Source of the DNA: Granulicella sp.
GTDB lineage: Bacteria; Acidobacteriota; Terriglobia; Terriglobales; Acidobacteriaceae
Reading direction: 5' to 3'
Assembly (NCBI GenBank): GCA_027339965.1
Contig: DAHWNL010000087.1
Coordinates: 1-34,736, forward strand
Length of the DNA stretch: 34,736 bases
Position numbers and translations under genes: made by a program. The notes beneath the pieces were generated by a model. The model had not been told where the DNA came from, ran no database searches, and worked only from the letters and a program-made list of their open reading frames with translations. Numbering within the stretch: the first letter of the stretch is position 1; every line of letters starts with the position of its first letter. This document shows positions 17,603 to 27,832 of this stretch, in pieces.

Positions 17603-19024
17603 ATGACCGAATCCAGCTCCGCCATCCATCTGCTACCAGCCGCCGCGCAACTGGAGTTGCTGCGCAGCGGCAGGCTCTCCGTGCTGGAGCTGGCCGAGGC
17701 TCATCTGCGGCAGATCCGGCAACTGAACCCGGCGCTGAACGTATTTGCAGACTTTGATGCGGAGCGGGTGCGGGCTGAGGCCCGGCGTCTGGATGCATGG
17801 CATGGGGTCAGAGGGCCGCTTCATGGCCTGCCCGTCACCGTAAAGTCCTCCATTGCTGTCTCCGGCCTTCGCTGCGAGATCGGCAGCCTGCTTCATCGCG
17901 GCCATGCGCCCCGCCAGGACGCTGTTGCGGTAGCGCGATTGCGCGCCGCCGGAGCCCTGGTGCTGGGCACGACCAACTGCCCAGAGTTTTTGATGGCCTA
18001 TGAAACCGCGAACCGGCTCTATGGACGCACCTGCAACCCATGGGACCTGGAACGGACGCCCGGGGGGTCGAGCGGGGGCGAATCGGCGGCCATCGCAGCG
18101 GGACTGTCCGCAGCCGGACTGGGCAGCGACAGCGGAGGATCGGTGCGCGTGCCCGCGCACTTTGCGGGGATCTGCTCCTTGAAGCCAACCCCTGGACGCA
18201 TTCCAAGCCAGGGCCATCTGCCGCCCTGCATCGGGCCGTTTTCAACCCTGGGCGCCATCGGTCCCATGGCCCGCCGCATGGACGACGTGGCGCTGCTGTT
18301 TCATACGCTGAGTGAGCAGTACGCCTGTGATCCGGCGAGTCCTCCGCTGGCGCTGCTTCGCCCCAGCCTGGACGAGCTGCGGATCCACGCGGTTGGCTGC
18401 TTCGAGGATGATGGACTCACGCCGGTTACAGGCGAAACTCGCGCCGCCGTGCAGTCAGCGGCTCAGGCGCTGCGCGAGGCAGGATTCCGTGTGCAGCCCT
18501 TTCGGCCCAGCACGCTGGAGGCGCTGCGCCGCCTGTGGTGGAAGTTCTTTGTGCAATGCGGCGCCATGTTTTATGAACCGGCCATCCGCGGCAAGCGCGA
18601 ACAACTCAGTCCCATCTTCCAGGAGTTCCTCGGTATCGCTGCTTCGGCACAACCGCTGACGGCATCGCAGTTGCTCGACGCCTGGGCAGAGCTGGACCTG
18701 GTTCGTCTGAAGACTCTCGAAGAGATGCAGGAGTATCCGGTGCTGCTCTGCCCCGTGGCCGCCGTTGCTGCATTTCGCCATGGCGAGCGCAGGTGGACGA
18801 TCGAGGGCCGGACGATTGAGTATCTGGATGCTGTGCGGCACACCCAGTGGTTCAATGCGCTGGGCGCGCCGGCCGCCGTGGTTCCGGTAAGTCAGTCGGC
18901 CGATGGCCTGCCGATCGGCGTGCAGATTGCAGCCCGGCCCTTCGCGGACGAGATCGCGCTGGGGATTGCAGCGGTGCTGGACGCGGCGTTTGGATTCAGC
19001 CCGCCTCCCGCGGCGATGCGGTGA
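17603..19024 (+). CDS. amidase signature family protein
   Basis: GPLHGLPVTVK, GTTNCPEF, NPW, GGSSGG, GSDSGGSVRVPA, GLPIGVQ. Confidence 0.95.
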   Translation: MTESSSAIHLLPAAAQLELLRSGRLSVLELAEAHLRQIRQLNPALNVFADFDAERVRAEARRLDAWHGVRGPLHGLPVTVKSSIAVSGLRCEIGSLLHRGHAPRQDAVAVARLRAAGALVLGTTNCPEFLMAYETANRLYGRTCNPWDLERTPGGSSGGESAAIAAGLSAAGLGSDSGGSVRVPAHFAGICSLKPTPGRIPSQGHLPPCIGPFSTLGAIGPMARRMDDVALLFHTLSEQYACDPASPPLALLRPSLDELRIHAVGCFEDDGLTPVTGETRAAVQSAAQALREAGFRVQPFRPSTLEALRRLWWKFFVQCGAMFYEPAIRGKREQLSPIFQEFLGIAASAQPLTASQLLDAWAELDLVRLKTLEEMQEYPVLLCPVAAVAAFRHGERRWTIEGRTIEYLDAVRHTQWFNALGAPAAVVPVSQSADGLPIGVQIAARPFADEIALGIAAVLDAAFGFSPPPAAMR

Positions 19025-19197
19025 GTGGCGTCTCTCCGGGATCGCCTGCCCCATGGGCGCGGACGCGCCCCGCGCCAAGCGATGGGGCGACGCCTGCCTT
19101 GTATGCCTGTGCAGCGACGCTGACCGGCACGCCGGCTTACTCTGGCAAACATCTCTTGACGCGGCTGCGCCGGGCCTGATCCGCGCAGAAGAATCTT

Positions 19198-20964
19198 CTA
19201 CAGCACCTCCGCCCAGCGCGGCGAGGCGGCAAAGGCGGCGTGAATCAGACCGACGTGAGAGTACGTCTGAGGGAAGTTGCCCCACATGCGCTTCTCCCGG
19301 GGATCGTAGTCCTCGGCCAGCAGGCCGAGGGGCGACAGAGTGGCATAGATACGCTGGAAGACCGCTCTGGCGTCTGCCTGACGACCGATGGCGGCCAGCG
19401 CCTCAATCAGCCAGAAGGCGCAGATCACAAAGGCGACCGAGGGTTTGCCGAATCCATCATTCAGGCTGTAGCGCTGTAGCCAGTCGCCGAGTGCGAGATC
19501 TTTGTGGATCTTGTCGATGGTGCTGACGATTCTTGGATCGCCGGGAGGAAGAAAACGCAACTGAACCATCTGCAGCAGCGAAGCGTCCAGGTCCTCGCCG
19601 CCGTAGTGGCCGACAAAGCTGTTGACCTTTGCGTTCCATGAGTTGGCCAGGACCTCGGCATGAATGCGATCGGCGGCGGCGCGAAACTCGGCGGCGTGCT
19701 CCGGCGCATGCAGATCGGCGATCTTGCCCATGCGATCCGCCGCGGCCCAGCACATCAGGTTGGAGAAGGTTTGCGGCTGCCATTCGGTGCGGTACTCCCA
19801 GATGCCGGCATCCGGTTTGCCGGAGACCGAGATGGCCTTGCGCGCCAATCCTTCCATCAGCCGCAGGGCCGCGGGCGAGCGCTCCGCGCTCATGCGCTCA
19901 TCCAGAAAGACCGGCGCCAGGGCCATAACCATCTCTCCGAAGATGTCGTTCTGGGAGTGCAGCGCAGCGCCGTTTCCGATGCGCACCGGCTTGATGCCGT
20001 TGTAGCCCGCCCAATGTTCCAGGATGGACTCGTCCAGGTTGCTGGTTCCATCAACCCGATAGAGGGGTGCAAGGTTCAGGTCCGGAGCGCCTCCGGCCAC
20101 GTTCAGAAGATACTGGACAAACTGCTCCCGTTCTTCAAACTGGCCCAGCAGCCCGAAGGCGCTGAGCACGTAGTAGGAGTCGCGCAGCCAGCAGTAGCGA
20201 TAGTCCCAGGTGCGTCCGCCCTCGGGCGACTCCGGGATGGAGGTGGTCATGGCGGCGATGATGGCTCCGGTGTCTTCAAAGCAATGCAGCTTGAGCGCCA
20301 GCGCAGAGCGGATCACCTCTTTCTGGAACATGGGCGGAATCTCGCACTGCTTCACCCATCGCTGCCAATAGCGGGTGGTCTCATTCAGAAACCGTTCGCA
20401 CAAAGGAGCGACAGGCTCTTCCACCGGCGCTCCCCAGGCCAGAATCATGTGCTGGCGGCCGGTGAGCGTGAAGGGCCTGCCGTTCAAGTAGGAGAGCGAG
20501 ATGTCCGTGGTCAGCCGAAGTTCGGTATCAAACCCTTCAAAGCGCAGATGGTGGGAGCCTTCCACGGTCTTGGGCTGCATCTTTGACCATCCCAGCCGGG
20601 GCGCGCAGACGATCTCGATACGCGGCGCGCCGGAGATCGGCTCCAGAATCCGATACAACTGCTTGGGCCGGAAGGTGCGATCGTAGTGCAGGAAACGGGG
20701 AGCGAAGTCGATGATCTTAAAAGAGCCCGTGTCGGTGTGGAAGGTGGTCTCCAGAATGTTGGTATTCGGCACATAGGCTTGTGTGCCCACCTCTCCATTG
20801 GCTGGCCGGATGCGAAAGGCGCCGCCCTCTTCCTCATCCAACAGAGTGGAGAAGATGGGTTCGGAGTCGAAGCGAGGCAAACAGCACCAGACAATCTCAC
20901 CGCTCTTGTGGATCAACGCGGAGAACTGACAGTTTCCGATCAGTCCAAGGTCTTCAATTCGCAT
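19198..20964 (-). CDS. glycoside hydrolase family 15 (probable trehalase)
   Basis: LIGNC, PRFDS, WDYRYCWLRD, GIWEYR, LLAED, GNFPQTYSH. Start may be 20964, 20982 or 20991. Confidence 0.92.
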   Translation of the reverse strand: MRIEDLGLIGNCQFSALIHKSGEIVWCCLPRFDSEPIFSTLLDEEEGGAFRIRPANGEVGTQAYVPNTNILETTFHTDTGSFKIIDFAPRFLHYDRTFRPKQLYRILEPISGAPRIEIVCAPRLGWSKMQPKTVEGSHHLRFEGFDTELRLTTDISLSYLNGRPFTLTGRQHMILAWGAPVEEPVAPLCERFLNETTRYWQRWVKQCEIPPMFQKEVIRSALALKLHCFEDTGAIIAAMTTSIPESPEGGRTWDYRYCWLRDSYYVLSAFGLLGQFEEREQFVQYLLNVAGGAPDLNLAPLYRVDGTSNLDESILEHWAGYNGIKPVRIGNGAALHSQNDIFGEMVMALAPVFLDERMSAERSPAALRLMEGLARKAISVSGKPDAGIWEYRTEWQPQTFSNLMCWAAADRMGKIADLHAPEHAAEFRAAADRIHAEVLANSWNAKVNSFVGHYGGEDLDASLLQMVQLRFLPPGDPRIVSTIDKIHKDLALGDWLQRYSLNDGFGKPSVAFVICAFWLIEALAAIGRQADARAVFQRIYATLSPLGLLAEDYDPREKRMWGNFPQTYSHVGLIHAAFAASPRWAEVL

Positions 20965-20994
20965 TTTCCCCGGCAGGCTCATCAGTCCCATTTA

Positions 20995-21000
20995 TATAAT
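20995..21000 (+). promoter_or_regulatory. perfect TATAAT -10 box, putative leaderless otsA promoter
   Basis: TATAAT-AGAAAC-ATG(21007); no Shine-Dalgarno sequence. Confidence 0.6.
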
Positions 21001-21006
21001 AGAAAC

Positions 21007-23256
21007 ATGACGCGATTGGCGAGGTTCATCCTCGGCCTGCTGGTAGCCCTTGCGTTGTTGACCTGGACAGTGTCCGGAGTGGTGCAGACGACAACGCGCG
21101 AATGGTTTGAGCGAGACGTCAGTGAGCATGCGCGGCTTGCGATGGTGAGCGCGACGCGGTCGCTGGCCGATGCCTGGTACGATCCCGATGGCCTGAAGAC
21201 CCGCCTGCTGGCCATTGACCGCAACCAGCATGTGATTGGAGTGGCGGCCTGCAATGTTGATTTAACAACCCGGTCCATGACACCGGACCTCCCCGAGGTC
21301 TTTCGCTGCCAGGCATTAGGCGCCTGGGTGCGAGCCGCAGGCACCGCTGCGGGAGACACCAATCCGAAGCTGCAGGAGTGGAGTACCGTTGCCACGCTGC
21401 CCACGGGGCGGGTGTACGTTGCGGCCATGCCGGTAGTGATGCAGGGGCAGATTCTGGGCTTTGTAATCCTTGCTCATGACTTGAGCTACATTCAGCGCCG
21501 CGAGGCCAGAGCGCAGACCTTTCTGCTGATTGTCTTTGGCATTCTTGCGGTGCTGGCCTTCGGCGTTCCACTTCTGGTTGCCCGGCGGGTCCGCGATGAC
21601 TGGAGCACGGAGGTGCGCAAGCTCCTGCACGGCGGAGGCAAAAAGGAGCCGCGTGAGTTTCAACCCATCCTGAGCGATGTGCGAGAGCTGATTGCGCGCA
21701 TGGCCGACGAGCGCGAGGATCTGCCCGGACAGTGGACGGCGGACCGGCTGCGGCAGATTCTGAATCGCAATCTGCACGGCGAGAAGATTGTGATTCTAGC
21801 CAATCGCCAGCCCTATAGCCATATTCGAGGCGAAGACGGCAGTATTGAAGTGCAGCATCCGGCCAGCGGCCTGGTGACGGCGCTGGAGCCCATCATGCGC
21901 GCCTGCTCCGGCGTGTGGGTTGCCCATGGCAGCGGAAATGCCGATCGAGAGACGGTGGATCGCAGCGATCACGTGCGGGTTCCACCAGAGGAAGAGTCCT
22001 ACCACATACGCCGCATCTGGCTCAGCGAAGAGGAGCAGCAGGGCCACTATTACGGCTTCTCCAATGAGGGGTTGTGGCCGTTGTGCCACATCGCCCACAC
22101 CCGTCCAACCTTCCGCTCGGAAGATTGGGAGTACTACAAGCAGGTAAATCAGAAGTTTTCTGACGCGGTGTGCGGTGAGGTGGACTCCGAGGACCCCATC
22201 ATCATGGTGGAGGACTACCATTTTGCCCTGGCCCCAGCCATGATCCGCAAGCGCATGCCGGCGGCCACCATTATCGCCTTCTGGCATATTCCGTGGCCGA
22301 ACGCAGAGCGCATGGGGATCTGCCCCTGGCACAACGAGATCCTGGAGGGACTGCTGGGCAGCAGCATCGTCGGCTTCCACACGCAACTCCACTGCAACAA
22401 CTTTCTGGATTCGGTGGACCGTTACCTGGAGACCAGACGCGACCGAGAACAGAATGCGGTGATCATGCACGGGCAAAGGACGCTGGTGCGGCCTTACCCT
22501 ATCTCCCTGGAATGGCCCGTCCACTGGGCGGAGATGTCGCCAGACTCTGCGGAGTGCCGGGCAAAGGTCTTCCAGGAGCTTGGCTTGAAGCCGGACGCTC
22601 TGCTGGGGCTTGGCGTTGACCGGCTGGACTATACCAAGGGAATTGAAGAGCGGCTGGCGGCGGTGGAGATGCTGCTTGACCGCTATCCGAGGTTCCGTGG
22701 ACGCTTCACCTTTGTCCAACTGGCGGAGCCAAGCCGCACAAAGATCACCCGGTACAGGGATCTGAATGAGGCGGTTGAACTGCTGGCCAGGCGCATCAAC
22801 GATCGATTCGGCACGGAAGACTATCGTCCCGTGGTCCTCCTGCGTTCTCATCATGAGCCGCCCGAGGTCTTCCGCTACTATCGCGCCGCGGACCTGTGTT
22901 ACGTAAGCAGCCTGCACGACGGCATGAATCTGGTGGCCAAGGAGTTTGTGGCCGCTCGTACGGATCTGCGAGGTGTGCTGATTCTGAGTGAGTTTACGGG
23001 AGCGGCGCAGGAGCTGACCGAAGCGTTGATTGTGAATCCATACGATCTGGTGAAGAGCAGCGACGCCCTGGCCGCTGCACTTTCCATGCCGGAGGAAGAG
23101 CAGTTGGACCGCATGCAGGCCATGCGCTCCATGATTAGCCGTTTCAATGTCTATCGGTGGGCGGGAAAGATGCTTGCGGATGCCGCGCACCTGCGCAGCC
23201 AGGAGCGGCTCTCCGGGCGCCTGGCGGAACGTATGAACGTGGGTACCAACATCTGA
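21007..23256 (+). CDS. otsA: trehalose-6-phosphate synthase (GT20) with N-terminal TM-extracytoplasmic-TM module
   Basis: [56 protein letters not shown]. About 255 aa N-terminal extension with two hydrophobic helices. Confidence 0.93.
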   Translation: MTRLARFILGLLVALALLTWTVSGVVQTTTREWFERDVSEHARLAMVSATRSLADAWYDPDGLKTRLLAIDRNQHVIGVAACNVDLTTRSMTPDLPEVFRCQALGAWVRAAGTAAGDTNPKLQEWSTVATLPTGRVYVAAMPVVMQGQILGFVILAHDLSYIQRREARAQTFLLIVFGILAVLAFGVPLLVARRVRDDWSTEVRKLLHGGGKKEPREFQPILSDVRELIARMADEREDLPGQWTADRLRQILNRNLHGEKIVILANRQPYSHIRGEDGSIEVQHPASGLVTALEPIMRACSGVWVAHGSGNADRETVDRSDHVRVPPEEESYHIRRIWLSEEEQQGHYYGFSNEGLWPLCHIAHTRPTFRSEDWEYYKQVNQKFSDAVCGEVDSEDPIIMVEDYHFALAPAMIRKRMPAATIIAFWHIPWPNAERMGICPWHNEILEGLLGSSIVGFHTQLHCNNFLDSVDRYLETRRDREQNAVIMHGQRTLVRPYPISLEWPVHWAEMSPDSAECRAKVFQELGLKPDALLGLGVDRLDYTKGIEERLAAVEMLLDRYPRFRGRFTFVQLAEPSRTKITRYRDLNEAVELLARRINDRFGTEDYRPVVLLRSHHEPPEVFRYYRAADLCYVSSLHDGMNLVAKEFVAARTDLRGVLILSEFTGAAQELTEALIVNPYDLVKSSDALAAALSMPEEEQLDRMQAMRSMISRFNVYRWAGKMLADAAHLRSQERLSGRLAERMNVGTNI

Positions 23257-23258
23257 CC

Positions 23259-24005
23259 ATGAAGTATCTCCTATCCAAGACATCCCTACCTGTTGTGAAG
23301 CGTTTGGCCCAGGATCATACGCTGTGCGCCTTTGATTTCGACGGCACGCTGGCTCCCATCGTGGACAACCCCCGCATGGCCCGGATGCGTAGCTCCACGC
23401 GAACCCTGTTGAAGCGCGTCGCATCTCTTTACCCGTGCATTGTGGTCTCGGGCAGAAAGAGAGAAGACGTTCTCCATCGGCTGAATGGCATTCCCCTGGC
23501 CGGCGTCTTTGGCAACCATGGGGCTCAGGCGGACGGCAAGAAACACGAAGACCTCCGCATCAGGCGCTGGAAGAAGATGCTGGAAGCCGAGATTGGAGAT
23601 CTGCCCGGCGTCTGGGTGGAGGACAAGGGATCGTCTCTGGCGGTGCACTATCGCCAGTCTTCGCGGCCCGCCCACTCGCTGCGCCAGATCGCCGCCGCGG
23701 TGGCCAAGTTGAATGAAGTGCGCGCCTTCGGCGGCAAGAAGGTGGTGAACCTGGTGGCCGATGGCGCCCCCACCAAAGCCGACGCAGTGGCCGCCGAGTG
23801 GGACCGCTTGGGCTGCAAACGAGTCTTGTATCTGGGCGATGACGAAAACGATGAAGATGCCTTTGGTCTGGAGGGTGACGTGGTCGCGGTCCGCATCGGC
23901 AAGAAGAAGCAGACCAAGGCCCGCTACTATCTGCGGTCGCAAGTAGAGATTGATCAACTTCTGACTTGCTTGAAGCATCTGCGCGAGATGAAGACGGCTG
24001 GATAG
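23259..24005 (+). CDS. otsB: trehalose-6-phosphate phosphatase (HAD)
   Basis: FDFDGTLAP, VSGR, GNHG, VEDKG, HYR, GDDENDE. Starts 2 bp after otsA. Confidence 0.93.
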   Translation: MKYLLSKTSLPVVKRLAQDHTLCAFDFDGTLAPIVDNPRMARMRSSTRTLLKRVASLYPCIVVSGRKREDVLHRLNGIPLAGVFGNHGAQADGKKHEDLRIRRWKKMLEAEIGDLPGVWVEDKGSSLAVHYRQSSRPAHSLRQIAAAVAKLNEVRAFGGKKVVNLVADGAPTKADAVAAEWDRLGCKRVLYLGDDENDEDAFGLEGDVVAVRIGKKKQTKARYYLRSQVEIDQLLTCLKHLREMKTAG

Positions 24006-24386
24006 GCGGGGACACAAGAGCGAGAGACTGCGTCAGAGCTGGAGCGGGAAAGCTCCGGTTGAGCCCGCTGCATCCAAGCCGAATGTGGCTGCGGGACAGA
24101 CCGTTGAAATTCCGCGTTGGCACAAGGAGCCGTGATCTTCGCGGAGCCGCCCAAGAGCGCTTCCGCATGAGCAGCAGCATACTGGGCCGCAGGCTGGTGG
24201 CAAAGGAAGCGCACGGTCTGAAGCGGGATCGACCGGCAAGTGGCTTGCTCTGGCTTGCTTGTGGTCTTTCCTTTCGGATGGGTTTCCCGAAGCATGGACA
24301 AGGCTACAGATTTTGCTTGCCACAACGCCTGCGCGTGCGATCCTGCGCAAGACGGTTTGTGCTGACAACAAACGATTCCTTCCCCG

Positions 24387-24749
24387 ATGAGTGAAGCGCT
24401 GAAGCGTGAGAAAGTTCCGGTTACCAACACCCGGCCTCACAACGGTGCGGCTGACCTATGGCAGTTTGTGCCCGACGGAGTTCTCCCGCTCAAAGACCCG
24501 CAGACCGACATCCCTCGCATTGCCAAGGACAAGCATCTCGTCAAGCTGATCGGCGAAGCCGCACAGCGCATCCCGACCACGCACAGGCTCAACCTGGGGG
24601 ATGCTCGTGTTGACATGAGCAGACTGCCGGAAGGCGACGTCCACCTGGTCGTCACGTCTCCACCCTAATGGATCTTGAAGGGGTACTGAGACTCGGATGG
24701 CCAGATGGGCCATATCGAGGAGTACGACGAGTTCTTGAAAGAGCTGGAC
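24387..24749 (+). pseudogene. N4-C/N6-A DNA methyltransferase N-terminal remnant (SPPY type)
   Basis: LGDAR...VHLVVTSPP*WILKGY*DSDGQMGHIEEYDEFLKELD, with in-frame stops at 24666 and 24687. Confidence 0.85.
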
Positions 24750-24971
24750 GCTGTCACCGGCGGCGCGCAGATGGACGGGTTTATTAAGCCCGTGCGCCAG
24801 CTGCTGTGCGAGTCCGGCCTGCCCGAGACCGACGTTTCCTGCGGGAGATACGTCGAGTTGCCAGGTTGGCATCGTCCCGAGAAGAAATGGGATCTGCTGG
24901 TTGTATCGGAAGGCCGGCTCCTCGCGGGCATTGAGTTCAAGTCGCATATCGGCTCCTTCGGCAACAATTAC
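24750..24971 (+). pseudogene. PaeR7I/XhoI-family type II restriction endonuclease internal fragment
   Basis: AVTGGAQMDGF...LPGWHRPEKKWDLLVV...IEFKSHIGSFGNNY; truncated at both ends. Confidence 0.85.
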
Positions 24972-25399
24972 CTAGCGCACATCCCTGGAAGATATTGCAT
25001 AACCCCCCGAGCATAAGCCTGAAGCAGGCGACACAGAAGAAGGCTTCGTTGAATGAGAAGCAACCCGAGGAGGCGGGCCGGCAAGCACCGAAAGTTTTCT
25101 AGCCAAGCGCTGGGTCTTTCCATCCTCAAGCGATTGCGGGGCGCCTTACGGCATCGTCTTTGTTGCCTCCCGTCAATTCGTCGCCAGCCCATACCCCGCG
25201 CTCCAAGCGCTTCTCTTGATCGCCCGTCAGATGACGAAGCATCTCCTGCCCTAGAAGCCCCAGGGCCAGGACGGAGACTCGAATCTCCGCAAGGTCGGCG
25301 TTCGACGTTGTGAGAACCGGCTGCGCTCAGCGTACGTTCCGGCTGGAGTATTCTTGCAAGGGGATACTCGATCGAGGAGTTCATTCCAGGAGAAGCTAC

Positions 25400-27778
25400 A
25401 TGACGAAGACGTCTTCCCGTTGCATTGCAGGCCTTTTTACGACTCTCTTGTCTCGCTCCAAAGGAGCGGTCACGGCGCTCATCGTTCTTGGGGCGCTGGT
25501 CTCCCTTGCCGGGGGACAAACTTCTTCGTCCGGGCTCGCTGCGTCGTCTGGGCTCGCTGCGTCGTCTGGGCCCGCTGCCAGCGTGGATCCAATCCTGGGG
25601 ACGGGCGAGGGTCCGGGAGGTGGCATCAATCTATTTCCCGGCGCCACCACGCCCTTTGGCATGGTGCAGCTTAGCCCTGATACCCAGGATCATGGTTATG
25701 GTTACCACTACAGCGACCCTTTCATCGGTGGATTCAGCATGACCCACATGAGCGGCGTGGGATGCCCCAATGAAGGCGACGTCTTTTTTACGGCGACCAC
25801 CGGGCCTATCCACACCACACGCGATGATTTTTCTTCGCCGTACTCGCACACCATGGAGAGCGCCAGGCCGGGCTACTACCAGGTGCGCCTGCTGGAGTGG
25901 AACATCCATGCCGAGCTGAGCGCCACCGATCACACCGGGATGGCTCGATTCACCTTTCCCGCAGGTCAGCCAGCGAACATCCTGCTGCCGATCAGCCACT
26001 CGGAGAGGAACGTCACTGGCGCCTCAGTGCAGATCGTGGGCGACAGGCAGATTGAGGGTTACGTGGAAGACCAGGCGTTTTGCGGCAATTTGCAGCGCTA
26101 CAAGGTCTACTTCGTCATGACCTTCAGCAAGCCGTTTGCCTCTTACGGAACCTGGACCGGGAAGAAGTATGGAGGCCCGGGCAGCATCGCCGCGGGCAGC
26201 CGCACGGCGGAGCAGTCCGGGCATCAGGGATGGATCGGGGCCTACACAAGCTGGCCAGCCGCACCCCACGCGCAGACGGTCACGGTGAAGATCGCCATCT
26301 CCTATGTTGACCCTGCCGGCGCGGAGAACAACCTGAAGACCGAGGCGGCCGGCAAGAACTTTGCGACCATCCGCAGCGAGGCGGAGGCAGCATGGAACCG
26401 GGAGCTGAGCACCATTGACATCTCTGGAGGAACCAAGGCGCAGCGCACGGTCTTCTATACGGCGCTCTATCACTCCCTGCTGATGCCCAGTCTGTTCAGC
26501 GATGCGGATGGCCGCTACCTGGGCTTCGACGGCCAGATCCACAAGGCTCCTCCGGGCCACGCGGTCTACGCCAACTATTCGGGCTGGGATATCTACCGCA
26601 GCCAGATGCCGCTGCTGGCGATGATCGAGCCGCAGCGCATGGAAGACATGGCGCAGTCCGTGGTGCTGATGTACCAACAGGGCGGCTGGATCGGGCGCTG
26701 GCCGCAGACGAATCTCTATACCAACATCATGGCGGGAAGTCCGTTGAGCGTGGCGCTGGCTACGGCCTGGCTGGATGGACTGCACGGCTTCGACATGAAG
26801 GCCGGCTGGGAGGGCATGTTCAAAGACGCTACCGAGGCTCCGGCACCCGGCCATCCGTACGCCGGCGAGCAGGGCATCGACTGGATCAACAAGCTCCACT
26901 ACGTGCCGGATGACAGGGTGGGTTACGGCTCCGTCTCGCAGCTTCAAGAAGACGCTATCGCCTACGCCTCCCTGTATCGCCTGGCGAAGGATCTGGGCAA
27001 AACCGTCGACGCCAGAACGCTCTACGACCGCGCGCTGTACTATCGCAACGTCTTCGATAACGCCGATGGCTTCTTCCGCCCGCGCAAAGCCGATGGCAGC
27101 TGGGTGAAGAACTTCGATCCCGCGCAGGATGGTCACGGATTCATCGAAGGCAGCGGCTGGCATTATCAGTGGCTGGAGCCTGCCGATGTGGCCTGGGTGG
27201 TGAAAGCGATGGGCCCGGAGGTCTTCAATCAGCGTTTGAAGGAGTTCTTCAACTATCCGGTCCCGGACTGGTACGGCAAGTACTACAACCCGTATAACGA
27301 GACCGATCTCGAAGCTCCGTTCCTGTTCAACTTCTCTGGCCGCCCGTGGGAGACGCAGCGGGTGGTGCGCCGTGTGCTGGAGGAGAACTACACGGATGAC
27401 CCCAACGGCATCCCAGGCAATGATGACTGCGGCGAGATGTCCTCCTGGGCGGTTCTGAGCATGATGGGCCTCTACAGCGTGGACCCGGCCAGCCTGGCCT
27501 ATGAGCTGGTGGGCCCCACGTTCCCGAAGACGGTGATTCATCTCCGCCAGCCGTACCCAGGCAAGACGTTCACCATTGAAGCCAACGGAGCGGGGCCAAA
27601 GGCTGCCTATATTCAGAAGGTGGAACTGAACGGCCAGGCGCACGCGCAGAACTGGATCTCATTCAAGGCGATCTCTACTGGAGGCAACTTGCGCTTCGAG
27701 CTAGGAACAACACCGAACCATGCCTGGGGCTCCGCGCCTGCCGATGCGCCACCTTCGTTGAGCGACGCCAAGCCGTAG
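25400..27778 (+). CDS. GH92 glycoside hydrolase (alpha-mannosidase family), secreted
   Basis: FPGATTPFGMVQLSPDT, FSMTHMSGVGC, FYTALYH, WDIYR, FIEG, GNDDCGEMSSW. AGGAG RBS. Confidence 0.95.
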   Translation: MTKTSSRCIAGLFTTLLSRSKGAVTALIVLGALVSLAGGQTSSSGLAASSGLAASSGPAASVDPILGTGEGPGGGINLFPGATTPFGMVQLSPDTQDHGYGYHYSDPFIGGFSMTHMSGVGCPNEGDVFFTATTGPIHTTRDDFSSPYSHTMESARPGYYQVRLLEWNIHAELSATDHTGMARFTFPAGQPANILLPISHSERNVTGASVQIVGDRQIEGYVEDQAFCGNLQRYKVYFVMTFSKPFASYGTWTGKKYGGPGSIAAGSRTAEQSGHQGWIGAYTSWPAAPHAQTVTVKIAISYVDPAGAENNLKTEAAGKNFATIRSEAEAAWNRELSTIDISGGTKAQRTVFYTALYHSLLMPSLFSDADGRYLGFDGQIHKAPPGHAVYANYSGWDIYRSQMPLLAMIEPQRMEDMAQSVVLMYQQGGWIGRWPQTNLYTNIMAGSPLSVALATAWLDGLHGFDMKAGWEGMFKDATEAPAPGHPYAGEQGIDWINKLHYVPDDRVGYGSVSQLQEDAIAYASLYRLAKDLGKTVDARTLYDRALYYRNVFDNADGFFRPRKADGSWVKNFDPAQDGHGFIEGSGWHYQWLEPADVAWVVKAMGPEVFNQRLKEFFNYPVPDWYGKYYNPYNETDLEAPFLFNFSGRPWETQRVVRRVLEENYTDDPNGIPGNDDCGEMSSWAVLSMMGLYSVDPASLAYELVGPTFPKTVIHLRQPYPGKTFTIEANGAGPKAAYIQKVELNGQAHAQNWISFKAISTGGNLRFELGTTPNHAWGSAPADAPPSLSDAKP
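25526..25579 (+). repeat. in-frame 18 bp tandem repeat x3 (SSGLAA/SSGLAA/SSGPAA)
   Basis: TCGTCCGGGCTCGCTGCG, TCGTCTGGGCTCGCTGCG, TCGTCTGGGCCCGCTGCC, just after the GH92 signal peptide. Confidence 0.9.
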
Positions 27779-27832
27779 GCGGAGGGCCGCGTGAAGAGGC
27801 GTGTGCGTCGCTGGCGAGCTAAAAGAGTCGCC

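Noticed and set aside
19040..19095. GC-rich stems between the convergent amidase and GH15 genes
   Set aside because: No U-tract on either strand, and such pairing is expected at this GC content.
20686..21006. ORF-track extension of otsA (similarly otsB 23157, GH92 25310, hypothetical 16731)
   Set aside because: They overlap neighbouring genes or lack support; downstream ATGs have better RBS or -10 context.
21796..23424. 542 aa antisense ORF (also 26024-27643, 7843-9219, 5944-7230, 4564-5514, 10245-11288, 19660-20586)
   Set aside because: Shadow frames opposite well-supported genes, expected with high GC3; no recognisable motifs.
24006..24386. ORFs in the intergenic stretches 24006-24386, 25020-25399 and 2914-3195
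   Set aside because: Overlapping short ORFs on both strands with no motifs or RBS; no coding or RNA feature could be supported.
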